Assembly (NCBI GenBank): GCA_017421025.1
Contig: JAFQME010000015.1
Span: 5,399 to 69,398, forward strand
DNA from: Oscillospiraceae bacterium
GTDB taxonomy: Bacteria; Bacillota; Clostridia; Oscillospirales; JAAYXM01
Reading direction: 5' to 3'
DNA length: 64,000 nucleotides
The translations under genes and the position numbers were made by a program. How positions within the stretch are numbered: the stretch's first letter is position 1; each line of letters starts with the position of its first letter. The notes under the pieces were generated by a model. The model was not told the DNA's origin. It ran no database searches and worked only from the letters and a program-made list of their open reading frames with translations. Positions 18,654 to 26,235 of this stretch are shown here, piece after piece.

Positions 18654-19511
18654 ATGCACTATCTCATCAAAGATAACATCCCGGGCAAGTATTTAATCAA
18701 AGTCTTTGCAAAAGAGGGTGCGGAAGAGGAAACTCCGCATTCCCACGAATATCTGCAGCTGTGGTATGTGGTGCGTGGCAGCTGCACCCATACAGTCAAA
18801 CAGCACACCTATACCTACACCCGTGGCGGGGTCATGATTATTCCCTCAGGTGTGGAACATTCCATCGTAAGCGAGGAATCCACCCTGCGCATCTGCTGCG
18901 AGTTTTCCGAGCGGTTTGTCAGCGAAACGCTGGACGGGGATGTGCTGGATGTGCTGTATCTTGAGCCGTTTTTGCTTGGTGAGCATTTGCTGGAAAATGT
19001 GTTTCGGGTCGGGAAAAAGTTCGAATCCGAAGTCGAGCAGATTCTGTATGATATGATAGAGGAGTACCGTTCAAACACCAAGTATACGGGCATCTTCCTC
19101 AAAGCAAACCTCTTAAAACTCCTTGCCATCATTGCACGGGAGTATGACAAAAGCGCAAACGACGGCAAAGAAGCCCTGCTTTTGCGCTACCGCAGCGGCA
19201 TGGAGCGTGCACTGCAGCACATCGAGACACAGCTGTCGGAAAAACTCTATCTTGCCGATGTGTGTAAAACCGCCACCATCTCGCAGACCGCATTTTCCGA
19301 ACTCTTCAAACAAATGACAGGAAAAACCTTCTCGGAATATGTGAGCGACCGCAGAGTCGCACTTGCCTGCGAGAAACTTTCGAAAACCTCGGACTCCCTT
19401 TTGGAGATTGCACTCGCCAGTGGGTTTGGTGATGCCGCATATTTTTCAAGAACCTTCAAACGCCGCCTTGGAATCACCCCCTCGGAATACCGCAACAGAT
19501 ATGGAAAATAA
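18654..19511 (+). CDS. AraC family transcriptional regulator (cupin N-domain)
   Basis: The C-terminal AraC HTH (GFGDAAYFSRTFKRRLGITPSEYR) follows a cupin-like N-domain. I chose ATG 18654, 6 nt after GAGGTG. The upstream part of the track ORF overlaps the lipoprotein gene. Confidence 0.8.
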   Translation: MHYLIKDNIPGKYLIKVFAKEGAEEETPHSHEYLQLWYVVRGSCTHTVKQHTYTYTRGGVMIIPSGVEHSIVSEESTLRICCEFSERFVSETLDGDVLDVLYLEPFLLGEHLLENVFRVGKKFESEVEQILYDMIEEYRSNTKYTGIFLKANLLKLLAIIAREYDKSANDGKEALLLRYRSGMERALQHIETQLSEKLYLADVCKTATISQTAFSELFKQMTGKTFSEYVSDRRVALACEKLSKTSDSLLEIALASGFGDAAYFSRTFKRRLGITPSEYRNRYGK

Positions 19512-19547
19512 TCCAAAACGGGCGAAAGATTCTCCAAGACAGAACAC

Positions 19548-19579
19548 CACTCCTTTGGTACAATGAAACCAAAGGAGTG
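19548..19579 (+). promoter_or_regulatory. perfect 11-bp hairpin that contains the RBS of the downstream gene
   Basis: cactcctttgg / ccaaaggagtg with loop tacaatgaaa. The 3' arm holds AAAGGAG. The 5' arm plus loop read TGgTACAAT (extended -10-like). atttttATG follows. Confidence 0.6.
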
Positions 19580-19585
19580 ATTTTT

Positions 19586-20599
19586 ATGTTGAATTGGGCA
19601 ATCATCGGCTGCGGCGTGATTTCCATAAACCATGCGACTGCGGTTGTCAAAGCAAACGGCACAAAGCTCTATGCGGTGTGCGATCTTGACAAGGGGAAAG
19701 CCGAAACACTCGCACGTGAATTTGGTGCAGAAAAAGTCTATACCGACTATCTGGAACTTTTGCGTGACCCTGCGGTGGACGTGGTGAGCATTTGCACCCC
19801 CAGTGGCATCCACGGTGAGATGGCAATTGCCGCCGCCAAAAACGGCAAGCACATTTTGTGTGAAAAACCGGTTGAAATTACCCGTGAAAAAATTGATGCA
19901 ATCGCTTCTGCGGTGGAGGAGGCAGGGGTCAAACTCGGCTGTGTCTATCAACTGCGATACAGCGCAGGTCCGCAAGCGGTGAAACAATATATCGAAACAC
20001 ACGACCTTGGGAAACTCCTCTTCGGGCGTGTCTATGCCCAAAACTACCGCAGTGCGGACTATTACAAAAGCGCCACCTGGCGTGCCACTTGGGATCTCGA
20101 CGGTGGCGGATGTCTGATGAATCAGGGGGTTCATGCGCTGGATTTGCTGCGTTGGATGATGGGTGACGTGGTGCGTGTCACCGCAAACTGTAAAACACTC
20201 TCGCATGACATCGCAGTGGAAGATACCGCCTTGGCGATTGCGGAATTTACCTCGGGTGCGCTTGCAAGCATGGTTGCAACCACAGCGGCAGCGCCTGCAC
20301 AAAGTATGGTCTCCCTGCATTTTGAAAAAGGCACGATTGATTTTTACGACAAAGAATGTCACGGCGCATTTCTCGACGAGACCCTCCCGCCCCTGCATCT
20401 GAAAGTGGAGGAGGAAATTTTGGGCGCAGAAAACAAAGCCATCTCGCATGACTCCCATATCCCGATGGTGCAGGACCTTGCAGATGCCATTCGGGAGGAC
20501 CGAGCCCCCGCTATCCCGCTTTCCGAGGGCAGAAAAAGCGTGGAACTCATCCTCGGTATCTACGAATCCTCAAAAACAGGCAAACCCGTCACGCTATAA
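19586..20599 (+). CDS. Gfo/Idh/MocA family oxidoreductase
   Basis: Starts MLNWAIIGCGVIS (Rossmann) and has the ILCEKP motif. ATG 19586 lies 8 nt after AAAGGAG. The track's GTG 19577 is inside the RBS. Confidence 0.85.
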   Translation: MLNWAIIGCGVISINHATAVVKANGTKLYAVCDLDKGKAETLAREFGAEKVYTDYLELLRDPAVDVVSICTPSGIHGEMAIAAAKNGKHILCEKPVEITREKIDAIASAVEEAGVKLGCVYQLRYSAGPQAVKQYIETHDLGKLLFGRVYAQNYRSADYYKSATWRATWDLDGGGCLMNQGVHALDLLRWMMGDVVRVTANCKTLSHDIAVEDTALAIAEFTSGALASMVATTAAAPAQSMVSLHFEKGTIDFYDKECHGAFLDETLPPLHLKVEEEILGAENKAISHDSHIPMVQDLADAIREDRAPAIPLSEGRKSVELILGIYESSKTGKPVTL

Positions 20600-20605
20600 A
20601 AAAGA

Positions 20606-20640
20606 ACGACTTCGCACGGCTTGTGCGAAGGCGTTTTCTT
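20606..20640. terminator. bidirectional terminator
   Basis: cttcgcac / gtgcgaag stem with T-rich flanks on both strands. It abuts the stop codon of the small minus-strand ORF. Confidence 0.7.
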
Positions 20641-20744
20641 TATGCCCAAGGGTCTGAGAGATCGTTGTCGCCGAAGGATGCGGTGAGGACATCTTCGGTG
20701 AGAAACATCTCGATTTCAATGGTCGGAGTGAGAGATTCGTTCAT
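20640..20744 (-). CDS. unannotated 34-aa acidic small ORF (MNESLTPTIEIEMFLTEDVLTASFGDNDLSDPWA)
   Basis: ATG lies 7 nt after a perfect AAGGAGG that overlaps the TAA stop of the upstream 922-aa gene. The ORF ends exactly at the terminator. It is too short for the ORF track. Confidence 0.45.
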   Translation of the reverse strand: MNESLTPTIEIEMFLTEDVLTASFGDNDLSDPWA

Positions 20745-20756
20745 CAAAAATCCTCC

Positions 20757-23525
20757 TTACTGTGCCGCATTGATGATGGCTTCAAAGAGCGCCTTTTCCT
20801 CGTCGGTCGCATGCTCGGAGGCGAGTCCGTTCTCCGCCACCTGATAGGGGCTTCGTGCGGTGTAGGTGTCTCCGTAAATCACGGTGCCATCTTCTAAAAT
20901 TGCGTAAGCACGTGCGGTAATCGAGCGTTTGTAATGCTTGGGTTGGATGTTTGTGACCACTGCGGTGAAGGTAATCGAGGTTTCATCCTCCGCATAGTAC
21001 ACACTTGCAGGTACTTTTGCCACCGCAAGTCCGCCCACGGTTGCCCCGATGCGGAGTGCATCGATGTTTGTGAGGTTTGCGGTCGGAATCATCACGGTTC
21101 CGAATTCTGTCACAGTTTCAAAATCCACACCCGATTTCTCAATCGAGGAGATAAAGCGGAGTCCCTGCGGAGCGGTGGTGCGAATCTGCGCACCGTCAAC
21201 CGTGGACAGACGCAAATCACTCTCGCCTGCGGTGACACGGAAGAATGCGGCGCCCGAAGCGGTTTCATTTTCCGCTTCCACGAGGATGGAGGAGACACCC
21301 TCGCCTGCGGTAGTGACAGTAAAGACGCCGTTTTCATCTACTTCTGCAGTCGCTGTGCCCGAAAGTACTGTGATGCGATGCTCGTTTGTGGGGTCAAAGG
21401 TTGCGAGGGCGGTAGCAGAGTTGGGAGCAACCGTGACACTTCCGCCCGAAAGCTCGATCCACTCCTTGCCGTTTACCTCCAAAGCGGAGTTCGACCAATA
21501 CAGAGTCGGCGTGTAGCTTGCGCCGCCATTTGCTTCACGCGGCGAGATGGTGAGGAGATATACCCCTTCACCCACTGTGACATCGCCTACATCCGTGCTC
21601 ATGTTCGCCGCATACGGGGTAGTGCCGGAATAGAACACCTTGTCCTGCGCTACAATAGTGGACTCAGGCGCATAGTTTCGGAACGCAGTGAGCTTGTATG
21701 CATCCGCAGTCGGGTTTTCCACACCTTCGGGTGCAAACCAGATATCGTAATATCCGCAGTTTCTTGAAGCTCCCACGTTGGAGCTTATGGTCTGCACGGT
21801 CTGGAGCAGGTTGTAGTTGCCCGCTTTTTGCACCTTCACCGCAATGGTGACCTTGTCACCCTTGACCAGCGTGAGCTTTGCACCGTAGTTCTGAGTGGAT
21901 TTGTCGACTGTGGAAATGTCGCTGCCCTCCGAGAGTGCACCGGGATAATAAATCCAAGGCTCGGTGGTGTAATTGTAGAAGTTGGCAAGGCTGTCCTCCC
22001 AACCCCAGAGCGATGCATAGGTAATGGGGTGGAAGTAACCGGGACCCGACCACTGTCCGTACTGCAGACGGTGGAGGTTGAAGACCAGTTTTTCACTCTC
22101 AACCGTAAACGGAAGTTCAAACGGACTCATGGTAACCGCACCCGAAAGGGTTGCACGGACGGAGAGGGTGTATGTTCCCGCCTGCTTCGGGTCGAGCTTC
22201 AAGGATACCTTGCCGTCTTCGGTAAACTTGTCCACCGTGACGGTCACCGCATCGGTTGCAGTGCCTGCTTTGTCGGTCACTGCGAATGTGTAATCGGTGA
22301 GTGTCTCCTCGGTGATGGAAGCATCCTCACCGTCGATTTTTGCACTCAGGGACAGAGTCTCGGGGTGGAAGGCGGTGAGTGTGCCGTCAAAGTCGGAAGA
22401 AGAGAGGGTCAAAACCGAGGACTCTCCCTGTACAAAGGCAATCGGAATCTCTTTCCATGCAGCGGTCATGTTGTCGATGACCATCAAAACGGTTGCAGAG
22501 TTGGTCTCGCCGACCGGAGCGTTCGGTGATGCGGTCACGGTCAGGAATCCACGGTCCAGTTCTGCGGTGACAGCATCCGAGAGGGTATCCACACGTGCAT
22601 TCGAAATCTCTGCAAAGCGCAGGTCAAATGCGCCCGACAGTGAGCCCGCAGCGGTGAGTTCAATTGTTTTGGTCTCGCCGGGAGAAAGCTCCAAAGCGCC
22701 GTCTTCGTTCAGCAAATCGGCATCCGGAATCAGGGAAATCTCATCCTGCTCAAAGAGTCCGCGCAGGGTGAGGGAGCCGCCCATAAATCCGCGGTACGGT
22801 GTGCGATAGCAAACATAATACTCGCCTGCGTCAAGCTCCACCGTGTTGTCTTCGTCCGCAACCACCTGCAGTGCATTTGAATCGTTGGTGTTGGAATCGT
22901 GATAGCCGCCGATGATACCGGTCGAGCCTGCATACCGTCCTGCTTCTTTGAGTGCGGCGGTGGTATTTCCCGCATTCAGCACTTCCGCCATGGTGTATGT
23001 GCCGTCGGCAGGGAGGAAGTACACCTCCACACTTTCGGCAAATTTGCCGTAGCTGGTGCGGAAGTTGGTCTCTACCGTGTAGGTGTCGGAGGAGGGAACC
23101 AAAATCTTCATGACCCAACCGTCACCCACCTGATTCGGGTCTTCATACGTCCACCCGTAAGCCTTGTCGCCCCAACGAATCGAGGCGCCCGTAGACGGGT
23201 TTAAGAGCCCGACAAAGCAGAACGGATCGGTGTACTGATTCGCATACGGGCCTAAAGAAGGACCTCCGTCGGTCGGCGGTGTCTTCAGACACTGTTCATA
23301 ATAGAGCGATGCGACGTTTTGGGAATGACCGTAAGCGGTCTGCCAAATCGAAGTGATTTGCGACGGTGCATATCCGTTTGAACCGTACGGTCCGTTTTGC
23401 AGCGCATGCAAGTTGTAACGGAGCACAATGGGGGACTCGTTATCGGATTCCGAAATCGCACTTGCGGGAATCAAACTTGCAAGCAAAACGAGTGCCAGCA
23501 AGAGCGAAACAATGCGTTTTTTCAT
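20757..23525 (-). CDS. large secreted protein of unknown function with a duplicated N-module and Ig-like beta-rich regions
   Basis: The start at MKKRIVSLLLALVLLASLIPASA (signal peptide) follows GAGGAGG. Two related modules begin LRYNLHALQNGPYGSNGY and LVFNLHRLQYGQWSGPGY. No catalytic motif recognised. Confidence 0.75.
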   Translation of the reverse strand: MKKRIVSLLLALVLLASLIPASAISESDNESPIVLRYNLHALQNGPYGSNGYAPSQITSIWQTAYGHSQNVASLYYEQCLKTPPTDGGPSLGPYANQYTDPFCFVGLLNPSTGASIRWGDKAYGWTYEDPNQVGDGWVMKILVPSSDTYTVETNFRTSYGKFAESVEVYFLPADGTYTMAEVLNAGNTTAALKEAGRYAGSTGIIGGYHDSNTNDSNALQVVADEDNTVELDAGEYYVCYRTPYRGFMGGSLTLRGLFEQDEISLIPDADLLNEDGALELSPGETKTIELTAAGSLSGAFDLRFAEISNARVDTLSDAVTAELDRGFLTVTASPNAPVGETNSATVLMVIDNMTAAWKEIPIAFVQGESSVLTLSSSDFDGTLTAFHPETLSLSAKIDGEDASITEETLTDYTFAVTDKAGTATDAVTVTVDKFTEDGKVSLKLDPKQAGTYTLSVRATLSGAVTMSPFELPFTVESEKLVFNLHRLQYGQWSGPGYFHPITYASLWGWEDSLANFYNYTTEPWIYYPGALSEGSDISTVDKSTQNYGAKLTLVKGDKVTIAVKVQKAGNYNLLQTVQTISSNVGASRNCGYYDIWFAPEGVENPTADAYKLTAFRNYAPESTIVAQDKVFYSGTTPYAANMSTDVGDVTVGEGVYLLTISPREANGGASYTPTLYWSNSALEVNGKEWIELSGGSVTVAPNSATALATFDPTNEHRITVLSGTATAEVDENGVFTVTTAGEGVSSILVEAENETASGAAFFRVTAGESDLRLSTVDGAQIRTTAPQGLRFISSIEKSGVDFETVTEFGTVMIPTANLTNIDALRIGATVGGLAVAKVPASVYYAEDETSITFTAVVTNIQPKHYKRSITARAYAILEDGTVIYGDTYTARSPYQVAENGLASEHATDEEKALFEAIINAAQ

Positions 23526-23702
23526 AAAGGATTCCTCCTCGGTTTGATTTCGCCATGGAATTGAACACAAAAAAGTGCAAAAAACCTATGACAGTCTTTG
23601 GTTTTATTATCGCATGCCACACGGAAGTTTCAAATAGTAAAGCTTTCGAAAAAGGTTGCGTTTCTCCGGATTTTGTGCTACGATGGTTGCGGAGGTGAAA
23701 CC

Positions 23703-24482
23703 ATGCTGCTGCTGAAACAGACCGACGAAATCGGAAACAGGTTACTCAGAGCGGAAGTCGCATATAAAACCTGTTTTCCCTCGCATATGCATGACCATTT
23801 TGAACTCGAGCTGATTTTGGAGGGGAGCGGGAGTTTCACCGTCAATGGGACAGAATATCCCATCCGAAAAAATACCCTTACCATCATGACCCCCGCACAC
23901 GTTCATTCCATTCGCTCAGAGGGGATTTTGCTCTTTAATGTCGAGTTTGCCGGCGGTGAAACCCTGCCTGTGTGGGACTACCGTGAGCCGTTTGTTGTGC
24001 AGCCGAGTGATTCGGACGCACGTTTTTTACGCACCCTGCTCACCGAGGTGCGTGAGACCTTTGAAGAAAACCCTGCCTATGCTTCCCGTCTGTTTGCCTG
24101 TGTGCTGGAAAAAGCAATGCATTGCAAAAACAACGTGGAGCAAGGCGATTCGTCACATGTAAGCAGGATTTTCCTCTATGTGATGGAGCATTTTCGCTCG
24201 GATTTGACCCTCAAATCAATGGCAGAGCACTTCGGCTTCTCGCCCAGTTATATGAGCGATTTGTTCTCTCGCCGGCTCGGGGTTTGCTTCAAGGAGTATC
24301 TGGATTCCTTGCGATTTTCCTACGCCTGCTCACAGCTCACCTTCACAGATGACCCGATCAAAGCGGTTTGTATGATGGCAGGCTTTTCCGATTATGCCAA
24401 CTTCTCCCGCCGTTTCCGTGAGAAATACGGCAAAACCCCGCGTGATTACCGAAATGAAACAAAAAAAGAAACCCTCGGCTGA
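23703..24482 (+). CDS. AraC family transcriptional regulator
   Basis: ATG 23703 follows GGAGGTG. It has a cupin-like N-domain (HMHDHFELELILEG) and a C-terminal HTH (GFSDYANFSRRFREKYGKTPRDYR). It is divergent from the secreted-protein gene. Confidence 0.85.
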   Translation: MLLLKQTDEIGNRLLRAEVAYKTCFPSHMHDHFELELILEGSGSFTVNGTEYPIRKNTLTIMTPAHVHSIRSEGILLFNVEFAGGETLPVWDYREPFVVQPSDSDARFLRTLLTEVRETFEENPAYASRLFACVLEKAMHCKNNVEQGDSSHVSRIFLYVMEHFRSDLTLKSMAEHFGFSPSYMSDLFSRRLGVCFKEYLDSLRFSYACSQLTFTDDPIKAVCMMAGFSDYANFSRRFREKYGKTPRDYRNETKKETLG

Positions 24483-24527
24483 GGCGATTGATCCCTTGAC
24501 CAGCCGCCTTGAGGGTTTCTTTTTTTT
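24468..24527. terminator. bidirectional terminator
   Basis: gaaaccctc ... gagggtttc long-range stem followed by a T8 run. Confidence 0.65.
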
Positions 24528-24865
24528 CATTCCCAAGTTGCCCAAACATCCGGGCAGTAGCCGATGGTGACCTGCTTCCCGTTTCGCACAATCGGAGTGT
24601 TGAGCAGGGCAGGGGTCTCCATGAGTTTTTCGATGATATCTGCTTCATAGGCGAGATGGGCGATAAAGGATGCCTCATACGCCTTGGAGTTTTTGTTGAT
24701 CATAGCGTCCAGCCCGACCGCACGGCGCACCGTGTCAAACTCACGGGGCGAGAGCCCGAATTTTGCAAGGTCAATGCGCTGGAACTTGATTCGTCTTTCT
24801 TTGAAATACCGCTCGGCTTTTTTGGTATCGAAGCACTTGGATGTGCCGTAAATCTGAATATTCAT
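24527..24865 (-). CDS. ArsC/Spx/YffB family thioredoxin-fold protein
   Basis: The start MNIQIYGTSKCFDTKKAERYFKERRIKF is typical of this family. Size is 112 aa. Confidence 0.75.
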   Translation of the reverse strand: MNIQIYGTSKCFDTKKAERYFKERRIKFQRIDLAKFGLSPREFDTVRRAVGLDAMINKNSKAYEASFIAHLAYEADIIEKLMETPALLNTPIVRNGKQVTIGYCPDVWATWE

Positions 24866-24869
24866 GGTA

Positions 24870-25631
24870 TTACCCTCTGTTAAATGCGTTTCTTCCGCCG
24901 TCTATCATGATATTTTCGCCGTTGATAAACTGCCCCTTCTCCGATGCGATGAACAGGCACAAGTCGATGATTTCCTGCGGGTCTGCGGCTCTGCCGAGCA
25001 GCGTTCTCATATTTGCCATGTTTTCCCGTGTTAGCACCGGACCGGGGGAGACACAAACACAACGGATGTTGTATTTTGAGCCGAACTGTGCAATCGACTT
25101 TGTGAGTCCAAACATGAGTCCTGCCTTTGCAGTGGGATATTCCATGCTGTATTGGTCTCCTTCCATCCCTGCAATCGAGCCGATGTTGATAATGAGTCCG
25201 CTATTTTGCTTCCGCATCTGACGTAGGACCGCATGTGCAAAGTAAAACGGACCTTTCAGATTCACATCCAGACCCCAATCATATACTTCAATGGGCACGT
25301 CCGGGAATTCGGGATACTGCTCTTTGTCCACCTTCTGCATCCTGATTGCCGCACCACCTGCGAAATTTGCCATTACATCAATGCTGCCGAACACCTCTGC
25401 GGCTTTCTCCACTGCGGCGCAAACCTGTGCGTAATTGCGAACATCACAACGAATACCGATTGCATGTCCTTTGCCCTTCGCATTAATCTCAGAGACCTTT
25501 TCGTTGAGCACTTCTTCGTTCACATCGCACAGAACCACGTTTCCGCAAAGGTCGGCAAAATTTTGTGCAAATAACAAGCCCATGCCGGAGGCGGCACCGG
25601 TCGATACCGCTGTTTTTCCTGCAAAATTCAT
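24870..25631 (-). CDS. SDR family oxidoreductase
   Basis: The start at MNFAGKTAVSTGAASGMG (TGxxxGxG) follows AAGGAAG. The active-site context is YPTAK. The longer track ORF (to 26138) has no RBS and runs through the divergent promoter region. Confidence 0.85.
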   Translation of the reverse strand: MNFAGKTAVSTGAASGMGLLFAQNFADLCGNVVLCDVNEEVLNEKVSEINAKGKGHAIGIRCDVRNYAQVCAAVEKAAEVFGSIDVMANFAGGAAIRMQKVDKEQYPEFPDVPIEVYDWGLDVNLKGPFYFAHAVLRQMRKQNSGLIINIGSIAGMEGDQYSMEYPTAKAGLMFGLTKSIAQFGSKYNIRCVCVSPGPVLTRENMANMRTLLGRAADPQEIIDLCLFIASEKGQFINGENIMIDGGRNAFNRG

Positions 25632-25767
25632 ATCAGTCACTTCCTTACCTTCATTATAAAAAATATTCCGCCTTCTGGCAATACTTAAAACGATATCGGT
25701 TTGACATTTTCGGTATTGTTTGCTCATGCCATCACCTCGGATACAATGTGGCATGAATAAAAAGGAA

Positions 25768-25796
25768 TTGCAAAAACTTCCACGCTGTGTTACAAT
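25768..25796 (+). promoter_or_regulatory. sigma-A-type promoter of the hydrogenase maturation operon
   Basis: TTGCAA (25768-25773), a 17-nt spacer, then TACAAT (25791-25796). Confidence 0.55.
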
Positions 25797-25802
25797 AAAC
25801 TC

Positions 25803-25950
25803 CCAATCGGAAGGGAGATTCCGACCGAGCGGGCTGTTTCGGAAAACAAGTTTGTCTGACACAAAAAGGGGAGTCTCCCCTGCGGCGAAAGACGGGCGTT
25901 CATCCAAGGGGTTTTTGCGTCTGTGCCGAGGTGTCGGTGCAGACGTTTTT
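25803..25950 (+). promoter_or_regulatory. structured leader RNA ending in an intrinsic terminator (candidate attenuator or riboswitch, class not recognised)
   Basis: Three hairpins are present: ucggaa/uuccga (25806-25823), ggggag-uc-ucccc (25868-25880), and a competing ccccu...agggg pairing (25877-25911). A 12-bp terminator cgtctgtgccga/tcggtgcagacg plus T5 follows (25918-25950), 8 nt before the RBS. Confidence 0.55.
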
Positions 25951-25971
25951 GCGTTTGAAAGGAGTGCTGAT

Positions 25972-26235
25972 ATGGAAACAAGAATCGCACTTGTGGGCAT
26001 CGTGGTGGAAGATCTTTCCGTCTCGCCCAAGGTCAATGACCTGCTCCACGAATACGGACAGTGGATTCGCGGCCGCATGGGGCTTCCGTATCCGGAAAAA
26101 GGTGTGAGTATCATCAGTATTGTGCTGGATGCGCCCAATCAAATCATCAGCGCACTCACCGGGAAACTCGGCTCCATGCCGGGTGTGAGTGCAAAAGCCA
26201 TGTACACCAAAGAAAAGGGGAAAGACAATGTATAA
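25972..26235 (+). CDS. TM1266-family iron-only hydrogenase system regulator (small ACT/NikR-C-like protein)
   Basis: 87 aa, METRIALVGIVVEDLSVSPKVNDLLHEYGQWIRGRMGLPY, directly preceding hydG. AAAGGAG RBS. The track's longer ORF would include the terminator hairpin. Confidence 0.75.
   Translation: METRIALVGIVVEDLSVSPKVNDLLHEYGQWIRGRMGLPYPEKGVSIISIVLDAPNQIISALTGKLGSMPGVSAKAMYTKEKGKDNV

Noticed and set aside
25720-25971. N-terminal extension of the TM1266-like regulator ORF (171-aa version)
   Set aside because: The extension would be translated through a 12-bp terminator hairpin. It is basic and low-complexity and lacks an RBS. A clean AAAGGAG RBS precedes METRIALV, and family members are about 85-90 aa.
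24870-26138. 422-aa version of the SDR ORF extending upstream
   Set aside because: The extension has no RBS and crosses the divergent hyd promoter and leader. It encodes a Pro/Arg/Ser-rich sequence with no motif. The TGxxxGxG motif starts right after the internal ATG at 25631, which has its own RBS.
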